Under the pieces are notes generated by a model. The model did not search any database. It was not told the DNA's origin and worked only from the letters and a program-made list of their open reading frames with translations. DNA of 64,000 nucleotides from an uncultured Actinomycetes bacterium (GTDB lineage: Bacteria > Actinomycetota > UBA4738 > HRBIN12), in NCBI GenBank assembly GCA_963704725.1, contig OY969934.1:1088001-1152000 (forward strand), given 5' to 3'. Shown here one piece after another: positions 1-9,792 of the stretch (its first letter is position 1; each line of letters opens with the position of its first letter). Made by a program: the position numbers and the translations under genes.

Positions 1-300
1 CGGCTCGACGCCGATCAGCTCGTCAGCGGCCTGATCATCGTCAACACCGACGCGCACCTCGTCCCGGGGTTCGCGAACGCGATGTCGATCGGCCCGGTCC
101 TGGAGCACGAGCTCGGCCACATCGTCGGCCTCGGTCACGTCCGGGCGCCGTTCGAGCTCATGAACCCGGCCCCGGTGGTCCGCCGGTGGAACGTGGGGGA
201 CCTCGCCGGGCTGCGGCGTCTCGGCGCCGGATCGTGCCAGGCCGTCCCGGAGGCGTCGTCCTCGACCGCCGGGCTCGTCCCGGGGCGGCCGCCCTCCTAG
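1..300 (+). CDS. Matrixin/metzincin-family zinc metalloprotease, 3' part (runs off window start)
   Basis: Frame open from base 1; HELGHIVGLGH zinc motif (HExxHxxGxxH) followed by Met-turn 'ELMNP'. Confidence 0.8.
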   Translation, partial: RLDADQLVSGLIIVNTDAHLVPGFANAMSIGPVLEHELGHIVGLGHVRAPFELMNPAPVVRRWNVGDLAGLRRLGAGSCQAVPEASSSTAGLVPGRPPS

Positions 301-329
301 CGCGGCACCCCCGCTAGGATGGCCCGACC

Positions 330-1865
330 ATGGGCAGGGACGTCTTCTACATCACGACCCCCATCTACTACCCGAACGACGTGCCGCACATCGGCCACGC
401 GTACACGTCCGTTGCCGCGGACTTCATCGCGCGGTTCCATCGACTCCGGGGCGACGAGGTGTTCCACCTCACGGGGACGGACGAGCACGGGCTCAAGCTC
501 CAGCGCGCTGCCGAGGCGGCGAGCCAGGACCCCAAGGCCTGGGTCGACGAGATGGAGCCGAGGTGGCGCGAGGTCTGGAGCCGCCTTCGGATCGCCAACG
601 ACGACTACATCCGAACCACCGAGCCGAGACACGAGCGCGCCGTGGAGCGCCTCCTCCAGGCGGTCCACGACAACGGCCGGGACGACATCTATCTCGGGAC
701 GTACGAGGGTCTGTACTGCGTCTCCTGCGAGCTCTACTACACGGAGGGCGACCTCGTCGACGGGATGTGCCCCATCCACGGCCGGCCCGTCGAGCGGGTC
801 ACGGAGGAGAACTACTTCTTCCGACTCTCGGCGTACGGGGACCGGCTCCTCGAGCACTACGAGCGGACCCCTTCGGCCGTCGAGCCGGAGACCCGGCGCA
901 ACGAGGTGCTCAGCCTGATCCGGGGCGGCCTCCAGGACTTCTCGATCAGCCGGACGAACTTCCGGTGGGGGATCCCGCTCCCGTGGGATCCGGACCACGT
1001 CTGCTACGTGTGGTTCGACGCCCTGACGAACTACATCACGGCCGCCGGCTACGGGACGGATCCTGATCGGTTCGGCCGCGTGTGGCCGGCCGACATCCAC
1101 CTCATCGGCAAGGACATCCTCCGCCAGCACGCCATCTACTGGCCGGCGATGCTCATGGCCGGCGGGGTCGAGCTGCCGACCCAGGTGTGGGCCCACGGGT
1201 TCCTCACGGTGGGCGGACAGAAGATGTCGAAGACCAACGCGACGGGGATCCACCCCTTCGAGCTGACCGACCACTTCGGGGTGGACTCGTACCGCTACTA
1301 CTTCATGCGCGAGATCCAGTTCGGCCAGGACGGCAGCTTCTCCTGGGAGTCGATGGTCGACCGCCACAACGCGGACCTCGCGAACGGGCTCGGCAACCTG
1401 GCGAGCCGGGTGCTGGCCATGCTCGCCACGTCGTTCGACGGCGCGGTTCCTGAACCCGGGGTGGAGGGTGCCGAGTCCGACCTGCCCGCCGTGGTGCGGG
1501 ACGCCGCCCGCACCTACGACGAGCACATGGCGGCGCTCCGGCTCTCGCAGGCGCTCGGCGCGGTGTGGAGCGTGGTCGAGCGGGCCAACCACTACCTGGT
1601 CGAGAAGGAGCCGTGGAAGGTGGCGCGAGAGCCGACGATGCGCGCCGAGCTCTCGGGCGTCCTGTACGCCGCCGCCGAGACGCTCCGGGTCCTCGCGATC
1701 CTGATCTCCCCGATCATGCCGGACGCCGCCGCGCGGCTGTGGGATCAGCTCGGGATCCCCGAACCCCTGGCCGAGCAGCGCCTGACCGCCTCGCGATGGG
1801 GCGGACTGAAGCCCGGGACCATCACGAGCAAGGGCGAGTCCCTCTTCCCCCGCCTCGACTCCTGA
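330..1865 (+). CDS. metG: Methionine--tRNA ligase
   Basis: FYITTPIYYPND-PHIGH (HIGH) and KMSKT motifs, CxxC knuckle, YVWFDAL. Confidence 0.97.
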   Translation: MGRDVFYITTPIYYPNDVPHIGHAYTSVAADFIARFHRLRGDEVFHLTGTDEHGLKLQRAAEAASQDPKAWVDEMEPRWREVWSRLRIANDDYIRTTEPRHERAVERLLQAVHDNGRDDIYLGTYEGLYCVSCELYYTEGDLVDGMCPIHGRPVERVTEENYFFRLSAYGDRLLEHYERTPSAVEPETRRNEVLSLIRGGLQDFSISRTNFRWGIPLPWDPDHVCYVWFDALTNYITAAGYGTDPDRFGRVWPADIHLIGKDILRQHAIYWPAMLMAGGVELPTQVWAHGFLTVGGQKMSKTNATGIHPFELTDHFGVDSYRYYFMREIQFGQDGSFSWESMVDRHNADLANGLGNLASRVLAMLATSFDGAVPEPGVEGAESDLPAVVRDAARTYDEHMAALRLSQALGAVWSVVERANHYLVEKEPWKVAREPTMRAELSGVLYAAAETLRVLAILISPIMPDAAARLWDQLGIPEPLAEQRLTASRWGGLKPGTITSKGESLFPRLDS

Positions 1866-1885
1866 ATGAACGTTCCCGCGGACGC

Positions 1886-1899
1886 GTTTCACGTGGGAC
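1886..1899. promoter_or_regulatory. Possible parS-like site
   Basis: Intergenic GTTTCACGTGGGAC, 12/14 match to parS core GTTTCACGTGAAAC. Confidence 0.35.
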
Positions 1900-2009
1900 C
1901 CATGCCCTCGAGTAGTGGTGCACGGGGCGTGGACACGTCCGGAGGCGGTCGCCTTGCTCGCCGGAGCGCGTTTCGACCCCAGGTCGAGGAAGCCTGAGCG
2001 GGTTGCCCG

Positions 2010-2804
2010 GTGGACGAGCCCAAGCCTGAAGTGTCGGTGGAGAGGACGGCGGTGGATTCGCACTGCCACCTGTTCCTGCTCGAGACGGGGCCAGGGGAGG
2101 CGGTCGAGGAGGCCCGGGAGGCCGGCGTCGGGACGATCGTCTGTCCCGGCATCGACCCCGAGACGAGCCGCCGGTCCGTCGAGCTCGCCGGGTCGCTCGA
2201 CGGGGTGTTCGCCGCCGTCGGGATGCATCCCCACGACGCCGCGCGCTTCGACCCTCGAGCCCGGGCCGAGATCGAGAACCTCCTCGCCGAGCCGCGCGTG
2301 GTGGCGGTGGGGGAGTGCGGGCTCGACTTCTTCCGCATGCACTCGCCGCGAGCCGATCAGGAGCGCGCCTTCCGCACCCAGGTCGCGATGGCGCGTCAGG
2401 CCGACCTCCCGCTCGTGGTCCATGTTCGCGACGCGTGGGACGAGATCCTTCGACTGCTCGATGAGGGTTCGGCCGAGCGCGTGGTGCTCCACTGCTTCAC
2501 GGGGGATGTGGAAATCGCGCGCGCATGCGCCGCGCGCGGTTGGTTCCTCTCGTTCGCAGGGAACATCACGTATCCGAAGAACGCGCATATCCGCGATGCA
2601 GCCGCGGCCGTTCCGTTCGAGCGTGTGCTCGTCGAGACCGACAGTCCGTTCCTCGCGCCGCAGCGGATCCGGGGACACGACAACGCGCCGGCGAACGTCG
2701 TGGACGTGATCGCTGCGATCGCCGCTGCGCGTGCAGAGCCTGTGGAAAACGTGCGCGCGACGACGGCTCGCAACGCCGCCGCGGCGTTCCCGCGCCTCGT
2801 TTGA
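2010..2804 (+). CDS. tatD: TatD family hydrolase/DNase
   Basis: DSHCH, GMHPH, VGECGLD, HCFTG, ETDSPFLAP motifs; usual position after metG; start may be GTG 2034. Confidence 0.93.
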   Translation: MDEPKPEVSVERTAVDSHCHLFLLETGPGEAVEEAREAGVGTIVCPGIDPETSRRSVELAGSLDGVFAAVGMHPHDAARFDPRARAEIENLLAEPRVVAVGECGLDFFRMHSPRADQERAFRTQVAMARQADLPLVVHVRDAWDEILRLLDEGSAERVVLHCFTGDVEIARACAARGWFLSFAGNITYPKNAHIRDAAAAVPFERVLVETDSPFLAPQRIRGHDNAPANVVDVIAAIAAARAEPVENVRATTARNAAAAFPRLV

Positions 2805-2912
2805 ACGCCCGAACGAGCGTTCGGACTCAAGTTTGCAGTAAGGGTTGAGGGTTTGATACGGTGCCGGTCCGTGCGAGTGAAGGCTTCGGTCCGGCCCAGC
2901 CGCTTCCCCCCG

Positions 2913-2940
2913 AGGCCTTCTTCCGACAGGAGGAAGGTCT
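2913..2940 (+). promoter_or_regulatory. Hairpin occluding the Shine-Dalgarno of the RpfB-like gene
   Basis: AGGCCTTCTTCC-GACA-GGAGGAAGGTCT forms a ~12-bp stem (two G-U) containing GGAGG, directly before ATG 2941. Confidence 0.5.
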
Positions 2941-4026
2941 ATGCGGGTTCGCCCCTCGCGGGTCCGGAGGCTCCGGGTCCGCAAGGCGATCGGGAACCTG
3001 GCTCTGGCGAGCTCCGTGCTCGCCCTGGCCGGCGGCTACCTCGCGATCCAGAAGAGCGTGACCCTGGTGATCGAGGGGCGGCCGGAGGCCGTTCGCACGA
3101 TGAGCGCGAGCGTCGGGGAGCTCCTCGACTCGCAGGGTATCTCGCTCAGCTCCGACGACCTGGTGGTGCCGTCGCAGGGCACCCCGCTCGTCGACGGGAT
3201 GACGGTCTTCGTGGACCACGGCTTCGTCAGCGCGGCCGCGAGTTGGAGGCCTCCGGATGTGGGGGTCTGGGTGGTGGATGGGGTGACCGGGCCGAGCGCG
3301 ATGCTCTCGGCGCGGAGCACCGAGGACTGGTTCTCCGCGGGAACCTCGGTCGGACAGCGGGCGGTGACGGCGGCACGCGTCGTGGCGATGGGGAAGGACC
3401 ACGACGTGTTGACCAACGCCGGATCCGTCGGCGAGCTCCTCTCGGCCATGGGGATCGAGCCCGACCGTAGCGACCGCGTCCATCCATCACCCAGCACCCC
3501 CCTTCACCCCGACCAGACGGTTCGATACGTCTCCATCGACTACCGGGTCCGGGAGCGCCGCGTCCCGATCCCCTACACCACCTTCAGCGAGTACACGAGC
3601 GACCTTCGCCCCGGCCAGGCGCGTCTGACCCGGGCCGGGGCCGACGGTCTCATGCTCGAGCGCTATCGCATCAAGATCGTGGACGGCCGGGTGGTCACGC
3701 GCGAGCTCCTCATGCGCACCGTGGTGCGTGAGGCGACGCCGGCCCGGCGGCTCGTGGGGCCGGCGGCGACGGCCGCCGACGGACTGCAGCTGGGCGAGGC
3801 GAGCTGGTACTCGTTCGCGCCGGGCGACGGCCTGACGGCGGCGCACCCCTGGCTGCCCTTCGGTACGGTGGTCACCGTCACGAACCTCGCCAACGGCAAG
3901 AGCGTGCAGGTGGTGATCAACGATCGGGGACCGTTCGGGGGGCGCGTCATCGACCTCAGCGCGCAGGCCTTCTCCCGGCTCGCCCCGCTCAGCCAAGGGG
4001 TCTGCCAGGTCCGGCTCACCTGGTGA
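2941..4026 (+). CDS. RpfB/YabE-like cell-wall protein: DUF348 (ubiquitin-like) repeats + G5 + RlpA-like DPBB lytic transglycosylase
   Basis: N-terminal TM; 'SVGELL..GI...D.V.PS' repeats; G5-like region; C-terminal '[35 protein letters not shown]' RlpA signature; sits between tatD and rsmA. Confidence 0.85.
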   Translation: MRVRPSRVRRLRVRKAIGNLALASSVLALAGGYLAIQKSVTLVIEGRPEAVRTMSASVGELLDSQGISLSSDDLVVPSQGTPLVDGMTVFVDHGFVSAAASWRPPDVGVWVVDGVTGPSAMLSARSTEDWFSAGTSVGQRAVTAARVVAMGKDHDVLTNAGSVGELLSAMGIEPDRSDRVHPSPSTPLHPDQTVRYVSIDYRVRERRVPIPYTTFSEYTSDLRPGQARLTRAGADGLMLERYRIKIVDGRVVTRELLMRTVVREATPARRLVGPAATAADGLQLGEASWYSFAPGDGLTAAHPWLPFGTVVTVTNLANGKSVQVVINDRGPFGGRVIDLSAQAFSRLAPLSQGVCQVRLTW

Positions 4027-4039
4027 ACGTCCGCCCTCC

Positions 4040-4876
4040 CTGGGGCGGTCGGCGCTCCGGGGGCTGGCCGAGCGCTACGGCGTCCGCCCGACGAAGGCGC
4101 TCGGGCAGAACTTCATCGCCGATCCGAACCTCGCCAGCGCCATCGTGGCCGACGCTGGTGTCGGTGCCGGCGACCCGGTCCTCGAGGTCGGCGCTGGTTT
4201 CGGCTCGATCACCGTGGCGCTGGCGGACGCGGGGTGCGAGGTCCTCGCCGTCGAGTTCGACCGGCAGGTGGCGCCGGCGCTCCGCGAGGTCGTCGCCGGC
4301 CGCCCGGGCGTCCGGGTGGAAGAGGTCGACGCGATGCGGGCGGACTGGCCGGCTCTGCTCGGCGACGGGGTCTGGTCGATGGTCTCGAACCTCCCGTACA
4401 ACATCTCCGTCCCCCTGATCGTGGAGCTCCTCGAGCGCGTCCCCCGGATCCGGCGGTACGTCGTGATGGTGCAGCGAGAGGTCGGGGAGCGGTTCGTCGC
4501 CGGGCCGGGCGACGAGGCCTACGGAACGGTCAGCGTTCGCCTCGCGTATCGGGCCGACACCGAGCTGGTCCGCCGCGTTCCCGCCACCGTCTTCTGGCCT
4601 CGCCCCAAGGTCGACTCGGTGGTCGTGCGGATCGTGCCGCATCCGCCGCGCTTCGACGTCGATCGCGACGCGCTGTTCCGTGTGGTCGAGGAGGGGTTCG
4701 CCGAACGGCGCAAGACGATGGCGAACGCGCTGCGCCGGCTCGGGCTCGGCCTGCCCGACGCGAACCGCGTGCTCGAGGCCACCGGCGTGCTCCCGTCGAC
4801 CCGTGCCGAGGACCTCGGGCTGGAGGCGTTCGCCCGGATCGCCACGACGTTGCTCGAGGAGGGCTGGCGGCCGTGA
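4040..4876 (+). CDS. rsmA: 16S rRNA dimethyladenosine methyltransferase (KsgA); start uncertain
   Basis: In-frame upstream 'RPTKALGQNFIAD', VLEVGAGFGSIT, SNLPYNIS, MVQREV; true start is CTG 4040 or coupled GTG 4023 with an indel. Confidence 0.93.
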   Translation: MGRSALRGLAERYGVRPTKALGQNFIADPNLASAIVADAGVGAGDPVLEVGAGFGSITVALADAGCEVLAVEFDRQVAPALREVVAGRPGVRVEEVDAMRADWPALLGDGVWSMVSNLPYNISVPLIVELLERVPRIRRYVVMVQREVGERFVAGPGDEAYGTVSVRLAYRADTELVRRVPATVFWPRPKVDSVVVRIVPHPPRFDVDRDALFRVVEEGFAERRKTMANALRRLGLGLPDANRVLEATGVLPSTRAEDLGLEAFARIATTLLEEGWRP

Positions 4877-5736
4877 GGATCGAGCGCGAGGCCAACGCGA
4901 AGATCAACGTGTTCCTGCGCGTCCTGGCGGCCAGGGAGGACGGCTACCACGACCTGGAGAGCCTCGTCGTCCCGATCGCGCTCGCGGACCGGGTCGTCGC
5001 CACGACGGACGACGCGCTCCACGTCGAGACGACCAGTGGCCCGAAGCTCGGCGGTGAGGTTCCGGCCGGCGGGCTCAACCTCGCGCTCGTGGCGGCCCTG
5101 GCCCTGGCCGACGCCTGCCCGAACGCCGGCGGCGCGCGCGTCGAGATCGACAAGCGGATCCCGATCGCCGCGGGACTGGGAGGGGGAAGCGCGGACGCGG
5201 CGGCGACGCTGCTCGCCCTCAACGAGCTGTGGCGATGCGGGCTGGACGTGGCCGGCCTCGCCGACGTGGCGGAGCGGATCGGCTCGGACGTTCCGGCCCT
5301 GCTCACCGGGGGGCCGGTGCTGATGTCGGGACGGGGCGAGCTACTGGCGCCGGCGGAGTGCGCAACGTACTGGTGGGTGGTCGTGAACCTCGGGTTCGGC
5401 GTGCGATCGCCGGACGCCTACCGGTGGTGGGACGAGGACGGCGGCTCGCGAGGCCCGGACCCGGACCTCGTCCTGCGGGCGGCCGCGGGGGGCGACCCCG
5501 AGGTCCTCGGCCCCCTCCTGTTCAACGACCTCGAGCCCTCGGTGATCCGGCGCCACCCGGAGGTGGGAGCGGCCAAGACCCGGCTGAAGGAGCGCGGAGC
5601 CGTGGGCGCCGTGATGACGGGGAGTGGCTCGGCGGTGGTCGGTCTGGCCCGCCACGAGGAGGAGGCCCGGGCCCTCGCTTCCGCGTTCGAGGATGCGGTC
5701 GTGGCGGCGGGACCGCCGGCCACCGTGCGGCGATAA
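4873..5736 (+). CDS. ispE: 4-diphosphocytidyl-2-C-methyl-D-erythritol kinase
   Basis: ANAKINVFL, DGYHDLES, KRIPIAAGLGGGSADAA, MTGSGS; GTGA overlap with rsmA. Confidence 0.95.
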   Translation: MRIEREANAKINVFLRVLAAREDGYHDLESLVVPIALADRVVATTDDALHVETTSGPKLGGEVPAGGLNLALVAALALADACPNAGGARVEIDKRIPIAAGLGGGSADAAATLLALNELWRCGLDVAGLADVAERIGSDVPALLTGGPVLMSGRGELLAPAECATYWWVVVNLGFGVRSPDAYRWWDEDGGSRGPDPDLVLRAAAGGDPEVLGPLLFNDLEPSVIRRHPEVGAAKTRLKERGAVGAVMTGSGSAVVGLARHEEEARALASAFEDAVVAAGPPATVRR

Positions 5737-5746
5737 TCCCAACAGA

Positions 5747-5817
5747 TCCGGGGTCGTCTAACGGCAAGACGCGGGCCTTTGGAGCCCTCGATGGAGGTTC
5801 GATTCCTCCCCCCGGAA
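5747..5817 (+). tRNA. tRNA-Gln(UUG)
   Basis: Acceptor TCCGGGG/CCCCGGA, anticodon loop CT-TTG-GA, T-loop GGTTCGATTCC; usual position before glmU. Confidence 0.95.
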
Positions 5818-5917
5818 CGATCGCGCAGCGCGAGGCCGCCGGGTCTGACCGGCCGCCTTGTCGAGCCCCGGCGTGCGCGGGTACAAAGGGGTGCTCCCGC
5901 CGACCGAGAGGAGCTCC

Positions 5918-7351
5918 GTGGCCAGGCCGACCCGGTCCCGCTCGCTCGCCGCGGTGGTGCTCGCGGCGGGCAAGGGCAAGCGGCTGAAGTCGTCGACACC
6001 GAAGGTGCTCCACCCGGTCTGCGGGCGCCCGTTGCTGTGGTGGACCCTGCGGAGCGTCGTGGCGGCGCGTCCCACCCGGATCGTGATCGTCGTCCACCAC
6101 GGGGCCAACGAGGTGCGCGAGGCGGTTCCCTCGTGGGGCATCCGGCCCGAGCCGGTCTTCGTCGAGCAGGGCGAGGCGCTGGGGACCGGCCACGCCGTCC
6201 TGGCGGCGGAGAAGGCCGTGGGCAGGGTGGGCGAGGTGCTCGTGGCCAACGGCGACTTCGACCCCGTGGAGCCGGCGGACGTCCGGGCCCTGCTCCGGCT
6301 GCACCGGAGCGCGGACGTCGCGGCGACGTTGATCACCACGGAGCTCGACCGGCCGGGGACGTACTCCCGGATCGTCCGGGAGGGCAGACGGCTCGTCGCG
6401 ATCGTAGAGGGGACCGACGCCTCGGCGGCGATGCGGGCGATCCGCGAGGTCGGTACCAACTGGATCGCCTTCCGGCGCCTCGACCTGTTCCGCACGCTTC
6501 CGTCCCTGGGCCGCGACAACCGGCAGGGCGAGTACTACCTGAACGACGTGTTCCACGTCCTCATGGACAAGGGCGAGTCGGTGGCCGCCCTGCCCGTGGA
6601 CACCGGGGGCGTCCTGGGCGCGAACTCGCGGGCCGGGTTCGCCGAGCTGGCGCGCGCGCTGCGCCGGCGGATCAACGCGGGGCACCTGGCGAACGGCGTG
6701 ACGATCCTCGATCCCGAGACCGCGTTCATCGACGTCGGCGTCCGGATCGGACGGGACACGGTGATCCACCCGCTGACGTTCCTGGAGGGCGAGACGCGGA
6801 TCGGACGGGGATGCGAGGTCGGACCCTCGGCCCGCGTCGCCGACTCACGCCTGGGGGACGGCGCGTCCGTCCAGTTCTCCGTCGTCCGGGGGGCGCGGAT
6901 CCGCGCGGGAGCGACCGTCGGCCCCTTCGCCTCGATCCGCCCCGGCACGGACCTGGCGGAGGGGGCCAAGGCCGGGACGTTCGTCGAGATCAAGGCCTCC
7001 ACGGTCGGCCGAGGATCCAAGGTTCCTCACCTGTCGTACGTGGGCGACGCCACGATCGGAGAGGGGACCAACATCGGGGCGGCCACCGTGACCGTCAACT
7101 ACGACGGGTACGAGAAGCACCGCACGACGATCGGGAACAAGGTGCGGATCGGTTCGGATACGATGCTGGTGGCGCCGGTTCGCGTCGGCGACGGGGCTGT
7201 GACGGGAGCGGGATCGGTGATCACCAAGGACGTGCCGCCCGACGCGCTCGCCGTGGAACGTTCGGAGCAGCGGGTGGTGCAGGGCTACCGCCGGCGCAAA
7301 GACGCCGAGGCCGCCGCCCGGAGCGAGCGCAAGGGCAAGGGGGCGCACTGA
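5918..7351 (+). CDS. glmU: Bifunctional UDP-GlcNAc pyrophosphorylase / glucosamine-1-P acetyltransferase
   Basis: LAAGKGKRLKS-PKVLHP, LGTGHAV, QGEYYLND, hexapeptide repeats, HLSYVGDA, NYDG; GTG after GAGGAG. Confidence 0.96.
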   Translation: MARPTRSRSLAAVVLAAGKGKRLKSSTPKVLHPVCGRPLLWWTLRSVVAARPTRIVIVVHHGANEVREAVPSWGIRPEPVFVEQGEALGTGHAVLAAEKAVGRVGEVLVANGDFDPVEPADVRALLRLHRSADVAATLITTELDRPGTYSRIVREGRRLVAIVEGTDASAAMRAIREVGTNWIAFRRLDLFRTLPSLGRDNRQGEYYLNDVFHVLMDKGESVAALPVDTGGVLGANSRAGFAELARALRRRINAGHLANGVTILDPETAFIDVGVRIGRDTVIHPLTFLEGETRIGRGCEVGPSARVADSRLGDGASVQFSVVRGARIRAGATVGPFASIRPGTDLAEGAKAGTFVEIKASTVGRGSKVPHLSYVGDATIGEGTNIGAATVTVNYDGYEKHRTTIGNKVRIGSDTMLVAPVRVGDGAVTGAGSVITKDVPPDALAVERSEQRVVQGYRRRKDAEAAARSERKGKGAH

Positions 7352-7352
7352 C

Positions 7353-8330
7353 GTGGAGATCGTCACCAAGAAGAAGCTCATGCTGTTCTCCGGGACGACG
7401 CACCCCGCGCTCGCCGCGGAGATCGCCGACAACCTCGGCGAGCGCATCAGCCCGATCAAGATCTCGCGGTTCGCGTCGGGGGAGATCTACGTCCGCGCCG
7501 AGGACAGCGTGCGAGGCGCCGACGTCTTCATCGTCCAGACGCACGCTGAGCCCATCAACGAGTCGATCATGGAGCAGCTCGTGATGCTCGACGCGATGAA
7601 GCGCGCCAGCGCCAAGCGCATCACCGCGGTCGTGCCGTACTACGGCTACTCGCGACAGGACAAGAAGGGCATGGCGCGCGAGCCGATCAGCGCCAAGCTC
7701 ATCGCCGACCTGCTCACCGCGGCCGGCGCCGACCGCGTCGTCTCGGTCGACCTGCACGCCGGGCAGATCCAGGGCTACTTCGACTTCCCCTTCGACCACC
7801 TCACCGCGCTGCCGGTGCTCACCAACTACCTGCGCGAGGAGCACGGTCTCTACGACGGCGACGTGGTCGTCGTCGCCCCCGACGCCGGCCGTATCAAGAC
7901 GGCCGAGCGCCTGCGCGAGTATCTCCACGCCGACCTGGCGTTCCTCTACAAGCGCCGCTCGCGGACCGAGGCCCACAAGATCGAAGAGATGGCGGTGGTC
8001 GGCGAGGTCGACCGCCGGCCGTGCATCCTCGTCGACGACATGATCGACACCGGCGGGACGGTGGCGCAGGGCGCCTCGGTGCTCGCCCAGCACGGGGCCG
8101 GACCGATCTACGCGGCGGCCACCCACGGCGTGCTCTCGGGCAAGGCGGCCCAGAGCCTCGAGGAGGCTCCGATCCAGGAGGTCGTCGTCACGAACACCGT
8201 GCCGATCCCCGAGGACAAGCAGTTCGGCAAGCTGAAGGTCCTCTCGATCGCGCCGCTGATCGCCGACGCGCTTCGCGCCGTGTTCGAGGAGAGCAGCGTC
8301 TCCGAGATCTTCCACGGCGAGAACCAGTAG
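7353..8330 (+). CDS. prs: Ribose-phosphate pyrophosphokinase
   Basis: FASGEIYVR, PYYGYSRQDKK, DLHAGQIQG, PDAGR, VDDMIDTGGT. Confidence 0.97.
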   Translation: MEIVTKKKLMLFSGTTHPALAAEIADNLGERISPIKISRFASGEIYVRAEDSVRGADVFIVQTHAEPINESIMEQLVMLDAMKRASAKRITAVVPYYGYSRQDKKGMAREPISAKLIADLLTAAGADRVVSVDLHAGQIQGYFDFPFDHLTALPVLTNYLREEHGLYDGDVVVVAPDAGRIKTAERLREYLHADLAFLYKRRSRTEAHKIEEMAVVGEVDRRPCILVDDMIDTGGTVAQGASVLAQHGAGPIYAAATHGVLSGKAAQSLEEAPIQEVVVTNTVPIPEDKQFGKLKVLSIAPLIADALRAVFEESSVSEIFHGENQ

Positions 8331-8334
8331 CGGC

Positions 8335-9792
8335 TCAGTCGAGGCAGAACGTCGTGACGCGGGCGATCCCGACGGGCGCCGGCTCGAACAACCCGGACGC
8401 GGCCGCCGCGTCGGCGCGCGAATCGAAGTAGATCGCGACCGCGGAGCCTGACTGGTCCGGAGCGACACCCAACGCCTCGGCGGCTCCCTGGTCGCACGCG
8501 AGATCGCCGACGCCGGTCGTATAACCGAGGTCCGCCGCCCGGGCGACGGCTGCCTCGGCCTTGGCGTCCGCGGTCTCACCCACCCACAGGTAGACCGCCC
8601 AGTACGTCCCGCCGTGCTCGAGCGTCGCGTCGGCCGGCGCCTCCGGTACAGGACCTTCCGTCGGGGTCCCGTGCCCCACCTCGGCGCTCGCGATGAGATG
8701 GCCGGCCGCGTCGAAGGCGGTGACGATGAACCGGATGTCCGGCGGCCCCACGAAGACCAGGGCGTCCAGATGCGCGTCGATCTCGTCGGGGACGTCGAGG
8801 CGGGTCACCTCGAGCGTGCCGAGCCAGTCCTCGCCGACGGCCTCGAGACGCGTCGCCTCGGCCGGCACGGCGCCGAACACGATCCGCTCCGCGGATTCGC
8901 CCGAGCCGAGCACGTGATCGATCAGGCGGAGCCGGCTCGAGTCGGCGTCGAATCCACCTCCCCCACCCCCGATGCTGCCGGCCTGCATCGACAGGGTGAG
9001 CCCATCGTCCTGCCGCTCCGCGATCAGCTGCCACTCCTCGCCGCCGGCCGTCCCCGTCTGCAGGACGGCCGCCGACGCGGCGTCCGGGTTCGGCGCGAAC
9101 CTCATGGTCGCGAACGCGTCCAGCATCGCCCTCCGGTCGTCCGTCGTCGCGTCCGGTGAGAACCCCACGCGAGCCTCGAACGTCCTCCCCTCGGCCGTCC
9201 AACCGGCCCGCAGGAACTCCCATCCCGGGTAGCACCCACCCTCCCCGGACTCCACCACGTCGCCGCCGGCCGACTCGATCGAGAGCGGCTCGAGCGGGAC
9301 GGGCCAGGGCGCCGCCGAGCCGCCGGCCAGGGCGACCGGCCCCTCCTGGACCGTCATGAGCGACGCCGGCCTCGGGGCGTCCTCGACCATGCCCGGGCAG
9401 CCGAACAGCTCCCCGGAGTCGATGGGGGACACCGCGAGGACCAGTCGCGGGAGCCGAACGTTCCGAAAGACATCACCCGTCGAGCCGTTGAGACCGAGCG
9501 TGTCGGGATCGGCCACGAACCACCCTCCCGGCGTCGTGACCGAGACGCCGTTGATCGTGGTCGTCATCTGCCCGGGCGCGTCGGCGGGTGTTCCGCCGTC
9601 CAGCTCGGACACGGTCCGCACGGCGACGACCGTGACGGCCACGACCGCAAGGACACCGAACAGGCCTCCGGCGACCATCAGGGTCTGCCGGCGGCGGGCC
9701 CGGCCGAGCGACCGATGGGCCTCGTGGGGCGGGGGGGCCGAGCGGGCGTCGTCGTCGAGCACCTCTCGGATGCGCCGTTCGAGATCCGTCAT
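8335..9792 (-). CDS. Putative membrane-anchored anti-sigma factor with large extracytoplasmic region
   Basis: ATGA overlap with upstream ECF gene; short cytoplasmic N-terminus 'TDLERRIREVL..RARRRQ', one TM, ~420 aa outside with Cys pairs. Confidence 0.65.
   Translation of the reverse strand: MTDLERRIREVLDDDARSAPPPHEAHRSLGRARRRQTLMVAGGLFGVLAVVAVTVVAVRTVSELDGGTPADAPGQMTTTINGVSVTTPGGWFVADPDTLGLNGSTGDVFRNVRLPRLVLAVSPIDSGELFGCPGMVEDAPRPASLMTVQEGPVALAGGSAAPWPVPLEPLSIESAGGDVVESGEGGCYPGWEFLRAGWTAEGRTFEARVGFSPDATTDDRRAMLDAFATMRFAPNPDAASAAVLQTGTAGGEEWQLIAERQDDGLTLSMQAGSIGGGGGGFDADSSRLRLIDHVLGSGESAERIVFGAVPAEATRLEAVGEDWLGTLEVTRLDVPDEIDAHLDALVFVGPPDIRFIVTAFDAAGHLIASAEVGHGTPTEGPVPEAPADATLEHGGTYWAVYLWVGETADAKAEAAVARAADLGYTTGVGDLACDQGAAEALGVAPDQSGSAVAIYFDSRADAAAASGLFEPAPVGIARVTTFCLD

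Noticed and set aside
297-2984. Long antisense and alternate-frame ORFs (e.g. 895 aa here, 1041 aa at 15175, 1047 aa at 20890, 976 aa at 46989)
   Set aside because: Shadow ORFs of high-GC coding sequence; Arg/Gly/Pro-rich, no motifs, and they overlap well-supported genes
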